DNA of 64,000 nt from IMG/VR virus record IMGVR_UViG_3300010163_000012, positions 37,804 through 101,803 of that record; one strand, written 5' to 3'. Numbering within the stretch: the first letter of the stretch is position 1; each line of letters starts with the position of its first letter. Source of the stretch: a virus (lineage: Duplodnaviria; Caudoviricetes). Shown here piece after piece: positions 1-9,010 of the stretch. Under the pieces are notes generated by a model that saw nothing but the letters and a program-made list of their open reading frames with translations, was not told where the DNA came from and did no database searches. The position numbers were made by a program, and so were the translations under genes.

Positions 1-580
1 GTTCATCACGATTAATGAGGCCAGCTACTGTATTACGCGGAGATTTAAGTCTTTCTCCTGTTGCATCTGAGACTCTTCCTGCCAATTCTTGTTCCCATGT
101 TCTACAGTCGAACACTAATTCCCCAAAAGTGTAATGAAGGCTGCTGGAACCATCTTGCTTATAAGAAGTCAGCAAGTCGTAGTGTGGAGAACAGTCTTGA
201 CCTTCATTGTCGGCTCCACCTCTTGAATATGTTTTTTTAGCTAACTCATCCCTTAGCCAAGACACTCCGTCGAATTTTGGAGTGATTACTAATTTTGCTA
301 TCTCTGGTATAGCCATTGAAGTCAGCCATTGCTTAATTTCAGCAACAGATTTTACCTTATTCAATGACTTCATTGGTATAGGGAGTTTCATTTTACGACC
401 TTTGCTTACAATAGATGGTTCCACACGCTGAAGCCATGCGTTGTTCGGGTCAATACGCCTTAGCTCATTAATCAGTTCGTCATACTGTGTGTCTGAGATT
501 TGTGGTTCTCCTTTACGATACGCTTCGTTGTGTTTGGCTATTTGCGCAACAAGGTCTTCGATATATTTTTGAGTATTCAT
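1..580 (-). CDS. ligA: NAD-dependent DNA ligase (N-terminal part, runs off the left edge; not in the ORF track)
   Basis: Manual translation from ATG at 580: MNTQKYIEDLVAQIAKHNEAYRKGEPQISDTQYDEL (domain Ia Y..G.P.ISD..YD), PMKSLNK, adenylation motif PKFDG (266-280), SRGG, GELV, SPRNTVAG. No stop before the window edge. Confidence 0.92.
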   Translation of the reverse strand, partial: MNTQKYIEDLVAQIAKHNEAYRKGEPQISDTQYDELINELRRIDPNNAWLQRVEPSIVSKGRKMKLPIPMKSLNKVKSVAEIKQWLTSMAIPEIAKLVITPKFDGVSWLRDELAKKTYSRGGADNEGQDCSPHYDLLTSYKQDGSSSLHYTFGELVFDCRTWEQELAGRVSDATGERLKSPRNTVAGLINRDE

Positions 581-634
581 ATTAGATATAGTTAAGGGAG
601 AGCCGATTGGCCCTCCCTAAGTTGTTGTTAATGA

Positions 635-1078
635 TTATTTAATACCGGTGGAATTAAAACCGCCTTCGCCACGCTCGGTTGAATCAAGGGAATCTGCCTC
701 CTCCCATTCAATCTTTACGTATTCTTTGGCGACAATCTGACAGATACGGTCGCCATTGTTGATGATGAAAGGTTCTGTGCCGAGGTTGTGAACTATGGCG
801 CCTACATCACCACGGTAATCTGCATCCACTGTGCCGGGAGCGTTAGTTAGAGTGATGCCATGTTTGAGCGCAAGACCAGATCGAGGTCGGACTTGGAGTT
901 CGTAACCTTCAGGAAGCTGGATGTTGATTCCAGAATGAACAAGCTTGTGTTCACCAGGCATAATGGTAATCGGTTCGTTGGTAAATGCACGTAGATCTAA
1001 ACCGGCAGACATAGGAGTTGCATACTGAGGTAGCTCGTTGTTCGAGTGATTGATGACTTTTACTTTGATGGTTTTCAT
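635..1078 (-). CDS. dut: dUTPase (trimeric)
   Basis: All five motifs present: SAGLDL, RPRSGLA, GTVDADYRG, GDRICQ, RGEGGFNSTG. Confidence 0.97.
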   Translation of the reverse strand: MKTIKVKVINHSNNELPQYATPMSAGLDLRAFTNEPITIMPGEHKLVHSGINIQLPEGYELQVRPRSGLALKHGITLTNAPGTVDADYRGDVGAIVHNLGTEPFIINNGDRICQIVAKEYVKIEWEEADSLDSTERGEGGFNSTGIK

Positions 1079-1422
1079 TTTTTATTACTTTTAGAATATT
1101 GTTTATATTTCATTCCTTTACGAGACATACTGGCCGTTGGATAGTATGTTCGTGTGACTCCGCACATTTCGTCATACTCTTCCAGTTTCAAAGTACCGTA
1201 ATCGCTTTCTTCTATTTCGATGTCTTTGGCAAGAAACCGAAAATAAAGTCCGCAACTGGATATACTGTTGCCAACACATGCCTGATAAATTGTCGAGTTG
1301 GACGTCTTAAAGGCTGTACCAGCAGCAGTTAATGAATGAAAGTAGCCAATAAATCTTTTAAGGGGACTAAAGACCAAAACCGGATTACTGGTCTTATTAT
1401 TGAGATTTTTCTTCACAGCCAC
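1075..1422 (-). CDS. NUMOD1/IENR1-like small DNA-binding protein
   Basis: FHSLTAAGTAFKTSNSTIYQAC...GLYFRF matches the F.S...A.......I...C....G.Y NUMOD1 pattern. Overlaps both neighbouring genes. Confidence 0.5.
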   Translation of the reverse strand: MAVKKNLNNKTSNPVLVFSPLKRFIGYFHSLTAAGTAFKTSNSTIYQACVGNSISSCGLYFRFLAKDIEIEESDYGTLKLEEYDEMCGVTRTYYPTASMSRKGMKYKQYSKSNKK

Positions 1423-1852
1423 TCATCGCTAAAAGGACTTTGTTGGATAGCCGAGTTTGCGCAGCTGATACGAGATATGTATCAGACACTGCAACCCCAT
1501 GCGCAAATAGCTCAAAAATCCTATCGCACATATAAGCCAAAAAGTCAGGTTCGACAAATGCTATGAACAAGAACAGAAATGTTCCATCAATTAGATAATG
1601 CCCTTCTCCGTTTATAAGACATACTTGGTCGTCTTTGAGCTCGTATGTATCACAAAGTGATTTGATTTGATAGCGATACTGGCTGAAGAATGGCTGTATG
1701 GGCATAGGTTCTGTCATTTTTGACAGATAGTGTGTTGCATCAAAGTATGACCGCCCAGATTCACTTTGACCAAAGAGCAAGTTGGGAAATTCAGGAAAGG
1801 ATTGCTCTTTACACTGGAGTTTGATTTCGCCTTTCCCTGTCTGGCCCAACAT
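1397..1852 (-). CDS. KilA-N/APSES-like DNA-binding protein
   Basis: YFDAT near the N-terminus and G.HYLID..FLFLFIAFVEPDFLAYMCDRIFELFAHG resemble the KilA-N consensus. Confidence 0.6.
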   Translation of the reverse strand: MLGQTGKGEIKLQCKEQSFPEFPNLLFGQSESGRSYFDATHYLSKMTEPMPIQPFFSQYRYQIKSLCDTYELKDDQVCLINGEGHYLIDGTFLFLFIAFVEPDFLAYMCDRIFELFAHGVAVSDTYLVSAAQTRLSNKVLLAMSGCEEKSQ

Positions 1853-2397
1853 CAGCTAAGGGTGAAATTCTCAACCTTATTCTTATGTACGTCAAGTGGC
1901 CAGTAAATAGCTTCTGTCTTGTCAAATTTAATGTCTCGGATTACAAAATCCGACATGGTTTCACCCAAGTATCTGTTGATCTTCTCATGCGCATCAGCAT
2001 TGGAGAGTGCCGGCACGTAAAAATCTTCGATTGTTTTCTTTTCTTTGCCAGTTTTTTCATCGAGGGATAAGAACATAACTTTGACCATGTAAAGGCCAAC
2101 GCCAGAGGTTTCATCCTCTTCAAAAAAGTTGCAACAAAAGTCTTTTACAGTTTGCTCTTGAGCAAAGGTGTCGTTAAATAATACATCAGAAATCTTGGTT
2201 TTGATGATTTCGTAGTGAACGCTTCCGAATTGAGTGCGATTCAAAGAAGAAATAATTTCATTAACCAGCATTTCGGCTTCAGTGTAGCTCGTTGCCAGTA
2301 TCAGTTCTTCAATCTTCTTTTTCGCTAAAGCACCGTTAGGAAGCTCTACTGTACATTCCGTTTTTACTCGGAAATAGCTGCGTTCTTTTTCTTCCAT
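1852..2397 (-). CDS. DUF4494-like protein (Bacteroidota family)
   Basis: NG...K..E.IL.ATSYTEAE and KVMFLSLDEKTGKEKKT...TMSDF match the DUF4494 pattern as I recall it. Confidence 0.75.
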   Translation of the reverse strand: MEEKERSYFRVKTECTVELPNGALAKKKIEELILATSYTEAEMLVNEIISSLNRTQFGSVHYEIIKTKISDVLFNDTFAQEQTVKDFCCNFFEEDETSGVGLYMVKVMFLSLDEKTGKEKKTIEDFYVPALSNADAHEKINRYLGETMSDFVIRDIKFDKTEAIYWPLDVHKNKVENFTLS

Positions 2398-2434
2398 AAT
2401 GATTTGAATTGAAGTGAAACTTAATTTGTCGGTG

Positions 2435-2442
2435 CAAAGGTA
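2435..2442 (-). promoter_or_regulatory. Bacteroidota housekeeping promoter -7 box (TACCTTTG) for the leftward operon
   Basis: The reverse complement of CAAAGGTA fits TAnnTTTG and lies about 40 nt upstream of the 2397 start. Confidence 0.65.
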
Positions 2443-2614
2443 TATAAAAAATCAATATAACAATAATGAAAATAATCTTTTTAGCATAATTTGTTTTTGT
2501 ATTATCTGATTTACAGCATTTTATATATTATGTGATAGAAGATGAATTGCATATTTGACTAATTGTATAAGATAATTGTTAGTTTAGTCTTAAAACAAAA
2601 TAGCCAGGAAATTT

Positions 2615-2629
2615 CTATTCTTCAGAAAG
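2615..2629 (+). promoter_or_regulatory. Putative phage late-promoter motif CTATTCTT-N3-AAAG upstream of portal
   Basis: The same motif recurs 27-39 nt upstream of five structural-gene starts. Confidence 0.55.
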
Positions 2630-2644
2630 TAAACATAGTTACAA

Positions 2645-3976
2645 ATGGCTAACGCAGAATTATCAGATAAAGAACACATCACACAAAAGCTGGAAAGCAT
2701 ATTTATGACCAGCAAGAAAAGTGTCCATGAATATGTTAGGGAAATCGAGCGCAGATGTCGATTTCAGTCTTCATATCGCCACCTACAGAACGGTACGGTA
2801 TTAGATGATCGTAGCCGTTTGATTGACATATATGATGCCTGCGTACAACAAGACGCTCATCTGCGTGGTGTCATGGAAACACTGTTTTCTCAGATTGTTG
2901 GAGAACGGTTTATGATGGCTAAGCAAAATGAGAAAGGGAAATATACAAAAGACATAGCTGCCACTCGAAAAATCCAAAACACGGAATTTTTGAAAGTGAT
3001 ACATGGTATCGCAGAATCTAAATTGTATGGTTATACTGGGCTGGAATTTTTGGTTGATCCAGAAGTAGAACGTGGTGGGCTTAAAGTCAATTTTGTGGAG
3101 CGTCGTAACATTTTGGCAGACCAACGGAAAATTGTGCAACGTCAAGGTATATGGATGCCACAGTGGAGTTTTGATGACCCTAAATATGCTGATAACTATG
3201 TGCTCATCAACAGTGGGGAGTTGGGGCTATTCTCAGCTGTTGCCCCTTTAATTCTTGCAAAGAAATTCACCTTTGCTAATTATGTCAATTTCTCTCACAC
3301 ATACGGACAGCCTATTATTCATGGCAAAACTGAATCTGAGAATACCGTTGACCGTAAGCGAATGGCAAATGATATAGCGAGTGCTGCTCAAAACAAGGTG
3401 ATTGTTACCGGCCTTAATGATGAGGTTGATATAAAGACATTCACCATGTCGAACTCTGAGCATGTGTTTACCGGGCTTATTGCTATTGTGGATAAAGATG
3501 TCTCCAATCTTATTTTGGGCTCAGAATCAATGGCTGGAGCGACACAATCGTATGTTGGCGCAACGAGAGCACATGAGAATATATTTCGTGACCGTATAGA
3601 GGTCTATCGTGATTACATAGAGCTTGTAATGAACGAGACCGTAATACCTCGCTTAGTTCGGCTTGGCTATCTCCCGGATGGGTTAGAGTTCAAATATGCT
3701 AAACGTATTGAAATGTCTGATGAAGATCGCATACGCCTTTTCCAAAATTTAACGACATCTTGGGAGATGGATCCTGAAACTATTGAACAGGAATTTGGTG
3801 TTAAGGTAAAACGGCAATTAAATGTAGTGCAAGAAGGCGCAGGGGGCATTGGTCCCACAGGTGGCGGAGGTGGCTATAGCCATACTGCAACCCGGCATTT
3901 AACCGATGAAGAGTATTTCCGGAGATACGGCCATGCCCGTGAAACGCAAAATTTTCTTCGGGAGAGAGGGGAGTAG
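2645..3976 (+). CDS. Portal protein (Mu gp29/DUF935-like)
   Basis: 443 aa. LIDIYD....DAHL, SKLYGY..LE, F...YGQP..HGK and ISNLILG-like segments. First gene of the head module, followed by gpF- and gpG-like genes. Confidence 0.85.
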   Translation: MANAELSDKEHITQKLESIFMTSKKSVHEYVREIERRCRFQSSYRHLQNGTVLDDRSRLIDIYDACVQQDAHLRGVMETLFSQIVGERFMMAKQNEKGKYTKDIAATRKIQNTEFLKVIHGIAESKLYGYTGLEFLVDPEVERGGLKVNFVERRNILADQRKIVQRQGIWMPQWSFDDPKYADNYVLINSGELGLFSAVAPLILAKKFTFANYVNFSHTYGQPIIHGKTESENTVDRKRMANDIASAAQNKVIVTGLNDEVDIKTFTMSNSEHVFTGLIAIVDKDVSNLILGSESMAGATQSYVGATRAHENIFRDRIEVYRDYIELVMNETVIPRLVRLGYLPDGLEFKYAKRIEMSDEDRIRLFQNLTTSWEMDPETIEQEFGVKVKRQLNVVQEGAGGIGPTGGGGGYSHTATRHLTDEEYFRRYGHARETQNFLRERGE

Positions 3977-3993
3977 GTCCATCCCCTCTCTCC
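3949..3993 (+). other. Putative -1 programmed ribosomal frameshift signal (portal to gpF-like)
   Basis: A AAT TTT heptamer (3949-3955) in the portal frame, 5-nt spacer, then a perfect 12-bp stem GGAGAGAGGGGA (3961-3972) / TCCCCTCTCTCC (3982-3993). The -1 frame is open 3943-4866. Confidence 0.75.
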
Positions 3994-4866
3994 AATGTAG
4001 TAGCCTTACGGCAACCCGATGATAATAAGGACCAGCACGAAGAGGAAGTAGCAATACTTCTTCCTCTATTCCATGATTTCGTTATTAGCGTTGCCCACCA
4101 TGAAAACGAATGGAATTTATTAGAAGCGTTAATGGAGGCTCGTGCTGATATTGCCATTAGAAGAGCGTGTGCCGGTTTTGGTGTTGATTTCGAGGAAGCA
4201 TTACGTCTCATACGAAACGCCGAAGGTCTTGATAATGAACAGATAGTTCAGCGCAACATCGTTTTATCCGCAGTTGACAATCTTGTTGACTTTGCTGTAG
4301 CAGAAGAATACCAGATGGCTGATGATATGGCAGAGTTAGAAGATTCGCTTACAGAAGAGGAAGCAGAAGAAATGGCAGATGAAGACTGGTCCAATTTTTA
4401 TCTGCCGGTCTTTTCTAAATTCCATGACCTGTATATGCGTACTGAGAACATGGATATAGAATATTCCATGATTATCGCAGCTTATTTGTCAACGATTAAA
4501 GACGACACGACTTTGATGTATATGACGCAAGGTGATGAAAGAGTGCGTCCGTGGCATCTTCAGTATGAAGGGTTCACAGCTCCCAAATCAAGGTTCCCTG
4601 CGTGGCTTATCCCACCAATTGAGCATAATTGTCGTTGCTATTTGGTAGAAGACACTGCAACAGTTATAGCTTCTATGCAAGCGTCCGCAATTCCAGAAAT
4701 GCCAGATTGGTTTAACCGTACATTCAAAGAAAGTGTAGCACTTGGAGGGCGCATTTTCTCTGACGAACACCCATATTTTCAAGTTGATGAGCGGCATGTG
4801 GGCCGTCTCAATGTCATAGCAAAGCGTATCAAAGAAAAATATCTGGAAGACGATGAGGACGAATAG
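3955..4866 (+). CDS. Mu gpF/SPP1 gp7-like minor head protein; first ATG at 4132, but the frame is open from 3943 (probably the frameshift extension of the portal)
   Basis: Y.TQGDERVRPWH and PPIEHNCRC motifs, C-terminal GRIFSDEHPYF. Confidence 0.85.
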   Translation, partial: SSGERGVGPSPLSNVVALRQPDDNKDQHEEEVAILLPLFHDFVISVAHHENEWNLLEALMEARADIAIRRACAGFGVDFEEALRLIRNAEGLDNEQIVQRNIVLSAVDNLVDFAVAEEYQMADDMAELEDSLTEEEAEEMADEDWSNFYLPVFSKFHDLYMRTENMDIEYSMIIAAYLSTIKDDTTLMYMTQGDERVRPWHLQYEGFTAPKSRFPAWLIPPIEHNCRCYLVEDTATVIASMQASAIPEMPDWFNRTFKESVALGGRIFSDEHPYFQVDERHVGRLNVIAKRIKEKYLEDDEDE

Positions 4867-5383
4867 GGGTATCCCTTTAACACCACAGCAATTCCGAAGT
4901 CAATGGGAACCGTTACCGCACCTGTTTGATTTGAATCTTTGGGATTTTCAAGTATCGGTGGGGAAATCCGCTGTCGATATTTTCCAAAAGTCCTTTGATA
5001 TGAAACGCTTCAACTCACGAGGTAGTATGGTTTGGAGACACAGACCTAAGCGCAATAAAGGTGGCTTCACTGTCGGTGGATTGGTGGAATCTCGGTCATT
5101 GAGAAATTCTATCACCTATGAAACAGAATCTTATAATCGCTCCAAAGGAAAGGTCAAAGTGTTTACTGATCCTAAAGCATTTAGTGGTACCTATAGTCAC
5201 AAAGGATTTTGTTTTGCCGCAGTGCATAATTCTGATGACCCATCTATACGAACTGGACGAGTCTCCAATATGCCTCAACGCCAATTCATGCCGACGGAGA
5301 AGCGAGATTCATCTGTTATGAACGACAAATTGAGAGAATTGGAAAGAATCATTTTTAGAACATTCCCAGGTGTAAGACGATGA
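4853..5383 (+). CDS. Virion morphogenesis protein (Mu gpG-like)
   Basis: L..SR.LRNSI, FAAVHN and MPQRQFM motifs. Confidence 0.75.
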   Translation: MRTNRGIPLTPQQFRSQWEPLPHLFDLNLWDFQVSVGKSAVDIFQKSFDMKRFNSRGSMVWRHRPKRNKGGFTVGGLVESRSLRNSITYETESYNRSKGKVKVFTDPKAFSGTYSHKGFCFAAVHNSDDPSIRTGRVSNMPQRQFMPTEKRDSSVMNDKLRELERIIFRTFPGVRR

Positions 5384-6108
5384 TAATTGACAAGCATAAA
5401 CCAGTACGCCCGACAGAACCGGAAGAGATTCCTGTTGTATCTGATCCTGTCATTGATGAAATACAGGAAGTAGTGGAAACCAATCCAATGATTGAAGCCT
5501 ATAAGGCTGTAAGAAAGATTTTAGAGTCTATTCCCAAAGACCCCAAAGATCCAGATAGTCCTCCTTTGTTTAAAACTATTAAGCTGGACAATGGGCAATT
5601 GAACCGCATTAAATATAATGAACACAACAAGGAGTATGGGGTTGTGTTCCCAGCGGTGTTTATTCACTTTATCAACATTTATTACAATGTTGGAACTGCT
5701 AATATTGCTGAGGGGAAAGGCACTATGCGCATCCACTATGTGCTTAATCGGCTAAATAATAGTGATGATGAAGTCGAGTGTGAGGGCATGGAGGTTTATC
5801 AGCGCATTGTGTCTGCTATAGAAGCACGTAAGGGGGATTTTCCCGCACTTGTTTCCAGGTTCCAGTTAGAGTATTGGGACCAACCATTGACTTTTGACGA
5901 CGCATTACAACCTTATTGGATTGATTATCAAATTTGGTTTCAAGATTTCACGGCATACGCCTATAAGAATTATCAGGATGTGTACGTTACTGTGCCTCCG
6001 TTTACTCAGCCGAGCGATCAGAATGAAATTGCTAACCCTGATCATCTTCCAAATCACGAATATCCGAAGTTTGAGGACATTGCTGGATTTAGAGATAAAA
6101 TAGAGTGA
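5380..6108 (+). CDS. Putative neck/tail-terminator-type structural protein
   Basis: Position in the head-neck module and a FPAVFIHF strand. Function inferred from synteny only. Confidence 0.45.
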   Translation: MIIDKHKPVRPTEPEEIPVVSDPVIDEIQEVVETNPMIEAYKAVRKILESIPKDPKDPDSPPLFKTIKLDNGQLNRIKYNEHNKEYGVVFPAVFIHFINIYYNVGTANIAEGKGTMRIHYVLNRLNNSDDEVECEGMEVYQRIVSAIEARKGDFPALVSRFQLEYWDQPLTFDDALQPYWIDYQIWFQDFTAYAYKNYQDVYVTVPPFTQPSDQNEIANPDHLPNHEYPKFEDIAGFRDKIE

Positions 6109-6134
6109 TTTCACCCAACTCAATTTGCAATCTT

Positions 6135-6150
6135 CTATTCTTGGGAAAAG
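6135..6150 (+). promoter_or_regulatory. Putative late-promoter motif upstream of protease
   Basis: CTATTCTTGGGAAAAG, with TTTCACCC at 6109-6116. Confidence 0.55.
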
Positions 6151-6161
6151 AGTAATCAATT

Positions 6162-7427
6162 ATGGATGCAGAAAATTTGAAATATGTAGTTGGTAAGGCT
6201 GAAGAGGGTCAACCGGCTATCATTCGCTTTTTTTCAGCCGTAGATGAGTATAGTGTTCGTTGCTTCAATGATGAGTTTTTGTGGTTGCAAGACTACGTGA
6301 AGCCTTCAAAGATTATCGTAATGATCAATTCTGAAGGTGGCTCTGTATTGTATGGAATGAGCACATTCTCAGTTATTCGCTCTTGTCCGATTGAAGTTGA
6401 TTGTGTGATAGAGGGAATTGCTGCTTCAATGGCCAGTGTTATTTGGGCCGCTGGCGACAATCTTTACATGCACGATTATTCATTACTGATGATTCACAAT
6501 CCTTTCAACTCGAACGTTGATGATGCCGATCCATCAGTAAAGCAAACCGTTGAAGCGTTCCGTTCACAACTGGAAACCATTTATACTAAACGGTTTGGTC
6601 TTTCCAAAGACAAGGTTGCAGAAATTATGAACGGTGAAGGTGACGCAGATGGCACTTTCTTTAGCGCAAAAGATGCCGTGAAGGCTGGATTTCTCCCGTC
6701 TGAGAATGTCATAAAGACCTCTAAGAAGGTGCGTGACAAAGTAAAAAACGAGATGATAGGTATTGATAACGCTGCCGAAATGCGCAATATCATGTCTGCC
6801 GTGTCTGCTGAAGTGGACGAAAATAAACTTATCGAGGCTATTACTGCTATTCGTAATCAGAAAGATAATTATTCACTAATCCAAGAAAACAAAATGGACA
6901 ACAACGAAAAAAACATTTTCGACGCCATTTCAGCACAACTTGGGCTCGCGAAGGACACTCAGGCCGCAGCGATTGAAGCTCGTATTGCTGAGTTGATCAA
7001 TGCAGAAGCAGCACTCAAGGAAACTAAGAGTGAGCTTACTTCAACGAAGATCAAACTCGAAGGCAAAGAAGCCGCACTCGCTAACATCAACAGCGAACTG
7101 ACCGAGACTAAGGCAAAGCTTCAGGCGTACAAGGATGCAGAGCAAGCTGCTCGCACAGCTGAGATTGAATCCGTTATTGATGACGCAATCAAAGCAGGTA
7201 AAATTGAGGCTTCTGCAAAAGATGCTTGGACGAAGATGGCGGAGTCTGACTTTGCCACTGTCAAGAGCACTCTTGCATCAATCCAGGCTCGTGAAGTAAT
7301 CACAGAGGTAATCGCCGGCGACCCAGCGAATGTTGGCAAAATCGAGGAAACATTGAAAGATGTTGATGCTCAGATGCAAGCCAAAATCAAGGAAAAGCTT
7401 GGTGATGTAGAATTTGAAAAATTTTAA
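6162..7427 (+). CDS. ClpP-type prohead protease fused to a coiled-coil scaffold
   Basis: INSEGGSV, IEGIAASMASVI (catalytic Ser), MIHNP (His), F.A..A...GF. The C-terminal half is an Ala/Glu/Lys coiled coil. Confidence 0.88.
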   Translation: MDAENLKYVVGKAEEGQPAIIRFFSAVDEYSVRCFNDEFLWLQDYVKPSKIIVMINSEGGSVLYGMSTFSVIRSCPIEVDCVIEGIAASMASVIWAAGDNLYMHDYSLLMIHNPFNSNVDDADPSVKQTVEAFRSQLETIYTKRFGLSKDKVAEIMNGEGDADGTFFSAKDAVKAGFLPSENVIKTSKKVRDKVKNEMIGIDNAAEMRNIMSAVSAEVDENKLIEAITAIRNQKDNYSLIQENKMDNNEKNIFDAISAQLGLAKDTQAAAIEARIAELINAEAALKETKSELTSTKIKLEGKEAALANINSELTETKAKLQAYKDAEQAARTAEIESVIDDAIKAGKIEASAKDAWTKMAESDFATVKSTLASIQAREVITEVIAGDPANVGKIEETLKDVDAQMQAKIKEKLGDVEFEKF

Positions 7428-7445
7428 TCTCCCTACTTTATAAAA

Positions 7446-8540
7446 ATGGCTACAATCAATTTTGCCGGTAACACTTATGCGGGTGAGGTACTTGAAGACC
7501 TCCTTGTTTACACCGCGAAGGGGAATGAGACCTATGAGGCCGGTCTTGTTCATGTGAAGCCCGGTATTCAGAAACGTTACGTTTTGCCTCACATTCAGTT
7601 GGGCTCAATCATTCAGGATAACAAACCTACGCCGACCTCTTCCGAAGGCGCTGCTGATGATGCAACCGGCTTCAACCAGTATAAACTGTCAGAGCGTTAC
7701 CTCGACCCGCAGGATTTCATGGTTTACTTGGAATTTAACCCGCGTGATTTCGAGGAGTATTGGCGCTTTGCTCAGCCTGAAGGTCCGCTTGTCTTCCGTG
7801 AGCTTGACCCCGCTGTTCAAAAGACGATGCTGCGTCTGCTTCTCGACAAGAAAGACCAGTACATCAACGACTGTATCTGGTGTGGCAAGAAGGGTGGCGT
7901 AGATGCTAAAATCACAACTCCTTCTGGCGGTACTGACCTTGGTGGTGCTTCTGCTGCTGGACCGATGAAGTATTTTGACGGCGCACTTGCCCGTATTCTT
8001 GCTAACCTCAAGGCTCAGGCCGTTGTTGCTGCTGGCACTGGTGTTACTGATGCTGACAAAAATGAGGTTGCTTCTGGTAAGGTCGTATTGGCCGGTTCTA
8101 CCGTTTTCACAACTGGTAAGGATGTTGAGGACGCCCTTTACGCGATTTGGAAGAAGACCCCTGCAAATATCCGTAAGTCCAAAAAGCTCAAGTTCGTCAT
8201 GGGCTGGGACACATGGGATCTGTACGACCAGTATCTGACCACTCAGAAGGACTACAAGTATGTTGAGAACCCCGATGTCAACAAGAGAACTTTCAAAGGC
8301 AAGACGATTGTTGTCATTGATGGTATTCCTGAATCGACGATCTTCTTCGGTAAGTTCTCCACTGACCAGGATTCTTGCCTCTGGATGGCCATCGACTACA
8401 GTACCGATGAAGAGTCTGTAAAGGTTGAGCGCCTTCAGGCCAATTCTGAGATGTACTTCTTCCAGATGAGGATCAAGATGGACATCAACCTTGTACTTCC
8501 GGGCGAAATCGTTGTGTGGACTCCATACCAAAACGCCTAA
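7446..8540 (+). CDS. Major capsid protein
   Basis: 364 aa directly after the protease/scaffold, strong codon bias, followed by a strong terminator. Confidence 0.75.
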   Translation: MATINFAGNTYAGEVLEDLLVYTAKGNETYEAGLVHVKPGIQKRYVLPHIQLGSIIQDNKPTPTSSEGAADDATGFNQYKLSERYLDPQDFMVYLEFNPRDFEEYWRFAQPEGPLVFRELDPAVQKTMLRLLLDKKDQYINDCIWCGKKGGVDAKITTPSGGTDLGGASAAGPMKYFDGALARILANLKAQAVVAAGTGVTDADKNEVASGKVVLAGSTVFTTGKDVEDALYAIWKKTPANIRKSKKLKFVMGWDTWDLYDQYLTTQKDYKYVENPDVNKRTFKGKTIVVIDGIPESTIFFGKFSTDQDSCLWMAIDYSTDEESVKVERLQANSEMYFFQMRIKMDINLVLPGEIVVWTPYQNA

Positions 8541-8563
8541 TTGAGTATTCATAAGTTTCAACT

Positions 8564-8603
8564 AAAAGAGGAGTGGAGACACCGAAACTCCACTCCTCTT
8601 TTT
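8564..8603 (+). terminator. Rho-independent terminator after capsid gene
   Basis: AAAAGAGGAGTGGAG (8564-8578) / CTCCACTCCTCTTTT (8588-8602), perfect inverted repeat with T-tract. Confidence 0.85.
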
Positions 8604-8626
8604 AATAATCAATAAATAATAATCTT

Positions 8627-8995
8627 ATGGCTAAGAAGAAACAGACCGAAGAAGTTGCACCTGTAGCTGAACAGACAGATGCACAAGAGGTTAAGGCGCA
8701 AACAGAAAATATAGGTGGCGCTGATGCTGAAAAGCATCAATCTGAAGAGGTCACGCAAGTTGAGGAACCCACTAATGAGGAGCAGCCTAAAGAGGGCTGC
8801 GATAGAGCTCAACCCAAGACAGATGTGCAGGCGCCTGTACAAGCTCCAGTTCCGGATGAGATACTTGCTTATCTGAAGCGGCATCCAGAGGAAGAGGCTG
8901 TGTACATTGACAAGTTGGGAGGTGTTTTCTCCGCAAAAACTCCGCAGGCATTTTTGAAGGATGCAGTCCTTTATCAAAATCCGTTTTTCAAATAA
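8627..8995 (+). CDS. Hypothetical protein (acidic low-complexity N-terminus)
   Basis: ORF between capsid and sheath genes with an AT-rich leader. Confidence 0.7.
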   Translation: MAKKKQTEEVAPVAEQTDAQEVKAQTENIGGADAEKHQSEEVTQVEEPTNEEQPKEGCDRAQPKTDVQAPVQAPVPDEILAYLKRHPEEEAVYIDKLGGVFSAKTPQAFLKDAVLYQNPFFK

Positions 8996-9010
8996 TAAAA
9001 CTATCATACA

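Noticed and set aside
7425-7448. Protease/scaffold and capsid ORFs are in frame, separated by one TAA and six sense codons (possible readthrough)
   Set aside because: Easily arises by chance. TAA is a poor readthrough codon, there is no stimulatory structure, and the capsid has its own A-rich start context.
7689-8561. 290-aa antisense ORF over the capsid gene
   Set aside because: Shadow of the strong codon bias of the capsid gene; no recognisable motifs.
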